Shown: one piece after another, positions 62,001-64,000 of the stretch
How positions within the stretch are numbered: the first letter of the stretch is position 1
How the letters are laid out: each line of letters begins with the position of its first letter
Assembly: GCA_963762615.1 (NCBI GenBank)
Contig: CAVXLG010000017.1
Span: 447,566 to 511,565 of the forward strand
Length of the DNA: 64,000 bases
Origin: an uncultured Actinomycetes bacterium
GTDB taxonomy: Bacteria; Actinomycetota; Actinomycetes; Streptosporangiales; Streptosporangiaceae
Direction of reading: 5' to 3'
Made by a program: the position numbers and the translations under genes
Notes under the pieces: model-generated
Told to the model about the DNA's origin: nothing
The model's input: only the letters and a program-made list of their open reading frames with translations
Databases searched by the model: none

Positions 62001-62642
62001 TCACAGCTCCAGGCTGGTGTCCGGTTCTAGCCTGGCCACGGGCACACCGCTCGGGACGGCGGCCACCGACAGCATCCTGGTCATCAGGCCCAGGCCGTCA
62101 TCATTCAAGATCGCGTCGTGGATCGCGTAGCCGCGGGCGGGGGCGACCGCGCGGAAGTAGTCGATCATCTCCCCGGCCTTCAGCCAGGGGCCGGCGATCG
62201 GCACCAGCAGAGTCCGGACCGGCTCGTCGGGCACGGTGAACGAATCGCCCGGATGGAACAGTTCGCCGTCGACCAGGAAACCGGTGTTCACCACCGACGG
62301 GATGTCCTTGTGGATCAGCGCGTGATCGTGGCCGTAGACGTGCACGCCAAAACCCGCGACGGACAGCACGTCACCACGGCGGATTTCGTGCACCCGGCCG
62401 CCGAACTCAGTGAACTGCGCGGTGACCTGCGGATTGGCCCACAGCGTCAGTTCCGGGCTGGCCTGCAGCGCGGCGCGGACCGCGTCGGCGTCGAGGTGGT
62501 CCGGGTGCTCGTGGGTGACCATGACCGCGGCCGCTCCGGCCAGGGCCGCGGCCGCGTCAGTCCACACGCCGGGGTCGATGACCAAGACAGCGTCGTCTTT
62601 CTCAAGCCTGACACACGAGTGCCCGAGTTTGGTGAATCGCAT
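62001..62642 (-). CDS. MBL-fold metallo-hydrolase
   Basis: MRFTKLGHSCVRLEKDDAVLVIDPG...VMVTHEHPDHLD...GHDH. Confidence 0.8.
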   Translation of the reverse strand: MRFTKLGHSCVRLEKDDAVLVIDPGVWTDAAAALAGAAAVMVTHEHPDHLDADAVRAALQASPELTLWANPQVTAQFTEFGGRVHEIRRGDVLSVAGFGVHVYGHDHALIHKDIPSVVNTGFLVDGELFHPGDSFTVPDEPVRTLLVPIAGPWLKAGEMIDYFRAVAPARGYAIHDAILNDDGLGLMTRMLSVAAVPSGVPVARLEPDTSLEL

Positions 62643-63213
62643 CGCGAGCCTCCACCACGATGAGGAAGACGACGTCGGCCGGGATTGTGTACTTGTCGCC
62701 GGTCGTCACCGGCTGTCGGTCGCGCTGGCAGCCGATCGGCAACAGAGCGCTGCGCATCATCGTAGTGAACGCTGCGTAATCTGCCGCCGGTAGGTTGCAC
62801 TCGTGGGTCGGTGCGCACCCGCGTTTCACCGGTGCCGAGTTCCGGCCACTGGCGTTGCTGGTCGCGGCATCCTTAAGGCCCGGCCGTTCGGGCTGAGATC
62901 GGAAGTTCGGGTCTGACGGCGGCTTCGCCATTGACGTCACCTTCCCCGCGCCACCCGGGCCCCGCACGCGTATCCGCCGGAACTAACGAGCGCGGCGCAA
63001 AATCGCGTTCGGGAGCGCAAGGTCGTGTCCGAGTCAACCTCCTCGGCCGTGCGGCTATCCATGGGAACTGCACGCCGGCTGCAGCGCGCCTCCACGGCCG
63101 CGTATTCAGCTGGGAGAGAACGCCGAGCTGGCCGCGACAGGGGCCATCCCCGACCGGTGGGTTGACACCTACGACGAACCTTCCGCGGCCGCCGCCAGCG
63201 AGGACCAGAGTCC

Positions 63214-63705
63214 GTGTCGAGCAAGGAGAAGCCGATGACCGTAACCGCTACCACGATCAGCCCGTGGCCGCTCGTCCGCCAGGGCGACCGGCAACATCCC
63301 GTCAAGACCCTGCAGTACCTGCTCCGGGCCCGCGGCCACAACCTCACCGTGGACGGCATCTTCGGGCCCAAGACCGACGCCGCCGTCCGCGCCTTCCAGC
63401 AGCAGAGGAGCCTGGCTGTCGACGGCATCGTCGGCCCCAACACCTGGTCGGCGCTGATCATCACGGTCAAGCAGGGCAGCCAGGGCGATGCCGTCAAGGG
63501 AGTCCAGGAGGAGTTCCAGTTCCGCAACCTGTCCGGCGACCCGGGCAAGGGCCTGCAGGTTGACGGGATCTTCGGTCCCAAGACCGACGCCGCGGTCCGC
63601 GGCTTCCAGAAGGCCCTGCACACCGACATCCCGTCGGTCACCGTTGACGGCATCGTCGGCCCGGTCACCTGGCGGGCCCTGGTCAGCGGCATGCTCTCCT
63701 TCTGA
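63214..63705 (+). CDS. protein with two peptidoglycan-binding (PG_binding_1) repeats and no obvious signal peptide
   Basis: The pattern LTVDGIFGPKTDAAVRAFQ...LAVDGIVGPNTWSAL is repeated as LQVDGIFGPKTDAAVRGFQ...VTVDGIVGPVTWRAL. Start is GTG 63214 or ATG 63235. Confidence 0.7.
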   Translation: MSSKEKPMTVTATTISPWPLVRQGDRQHPVKTLQYLLRARGHNLTVDGIFGPKTDAAVRAFQQQRSLAVDGIVGPNTWSALIITVKQGSQGDAVKGVQEEFQFRNLSGDPGKGLQVDGIFGPKTDAAVRGFQKALHTDIPSVTVDGIVGPVTWRALVSGMLSF

Positions 63706-63820
63706 CCGGCGAGCCCGCCCGGCCGGCCGGCGGAATGCCGGCAACCTGGCGGTAGCCGGCGGCCCAGAACCGGTCCTCAGGGCGGGCAGCGGGGGAGATC
63801 CGGGCTGTAAGACTGTGGGC

Positions 63821-64000
63821 ATGAACATCGGGAAGATCGGCGTCTGGACCAGCTACCGCCCGTTCGGCATCGAACGCGCCGGCGAGGCGGCCAGGCTCGC
63901 CGAACAGCTCGGCTACGGCGCGTGGTGGCTGGGCGGTTCCCCCCGCGTCCGCGACGTCCGCCCGATCCTGGACACGACGTTGACGCTCGTCGCGGCGACC
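63821..64000 (+). CDS. LLM-class (luciferase-like, probably F420-dependent) oxidoreductase, N-terminal part (3' end lies outside the window)
   Basis: MNIGKIGVWTSYRPFGIERAGEAARLAEQLGYGAWWLGGSP is a typical N-terminus of this family. Confidence 0.6.
   Translation, partial: MNIGKIGVWTSYRPFGIERAGEAARLAEQLGYGAWWLGGSPRVRDVRPILDTTLTLVAAT

Overview
This 64-kb window comes from a very high-GC actinobacterial chromosome (GC judged by eye at about 70% or more, not computed). It is a dense housekeeping core. I found no transposase, integrase, prophage or CRISPR array.

Conserved blocks, in order:
- tRNA-Thr, rlmB, cysS, ispF, carD (ispD is absent).
- regX3, senX3 and gpmA, divergent from mshA and a YbjN-like gene.
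- A secreted phosphoesterase.
- A cation-transport cluster: a soluble MgtE-N/CBS protein translationally coupled to an Nramp with an NRMT-like (Mg-type) metal site, then two convergent KimA-like K+ permeases each fused to an OB-fold domain, then a KdpD-type kinase lacking the N-terminal sensor plus KdpE.
- A diiron ferritin-like protein, MarR-type regulators, an EphD-like hydrolase-SDR fusion, a Rieske protein, and a GAF kinase with a LuxR regulator.
- An SDR with a queA-like gene, serB, a SixA-like phosphatase and an H+-pyrophosphatase.
- A BldG/ApgA-like partner-switching pair next to a DUF1998 helicase.
- A 6C-type sRNA candidate.
- marP, a Nudix gene and nth; arsR-arsM; a ParE/RHH toxin-antitoxin pair; and a LuxR regulator facing a membrane protein, a degenerate kinase and an intact kinase.

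Most notable observations:
1. At least five conserved genes (cysS, mshA, an anti-sigma factor, a BldG-like antagonist and a helicase) are interrupted by single-nucleotide frameshifts. Three of these events are the same T duplication inside GGAT.CTG.
2. The split MgtE-sensor/NRMT pair and the KimA-OB fusions look like undescribed transporter architectures.
3. Several unrelated tandem-repeat arrays lie in intergenic regions; the three between convergent genes duplicate, or lie next to, gene 3' ends.

All coordinates and motif counts were derived by hand.
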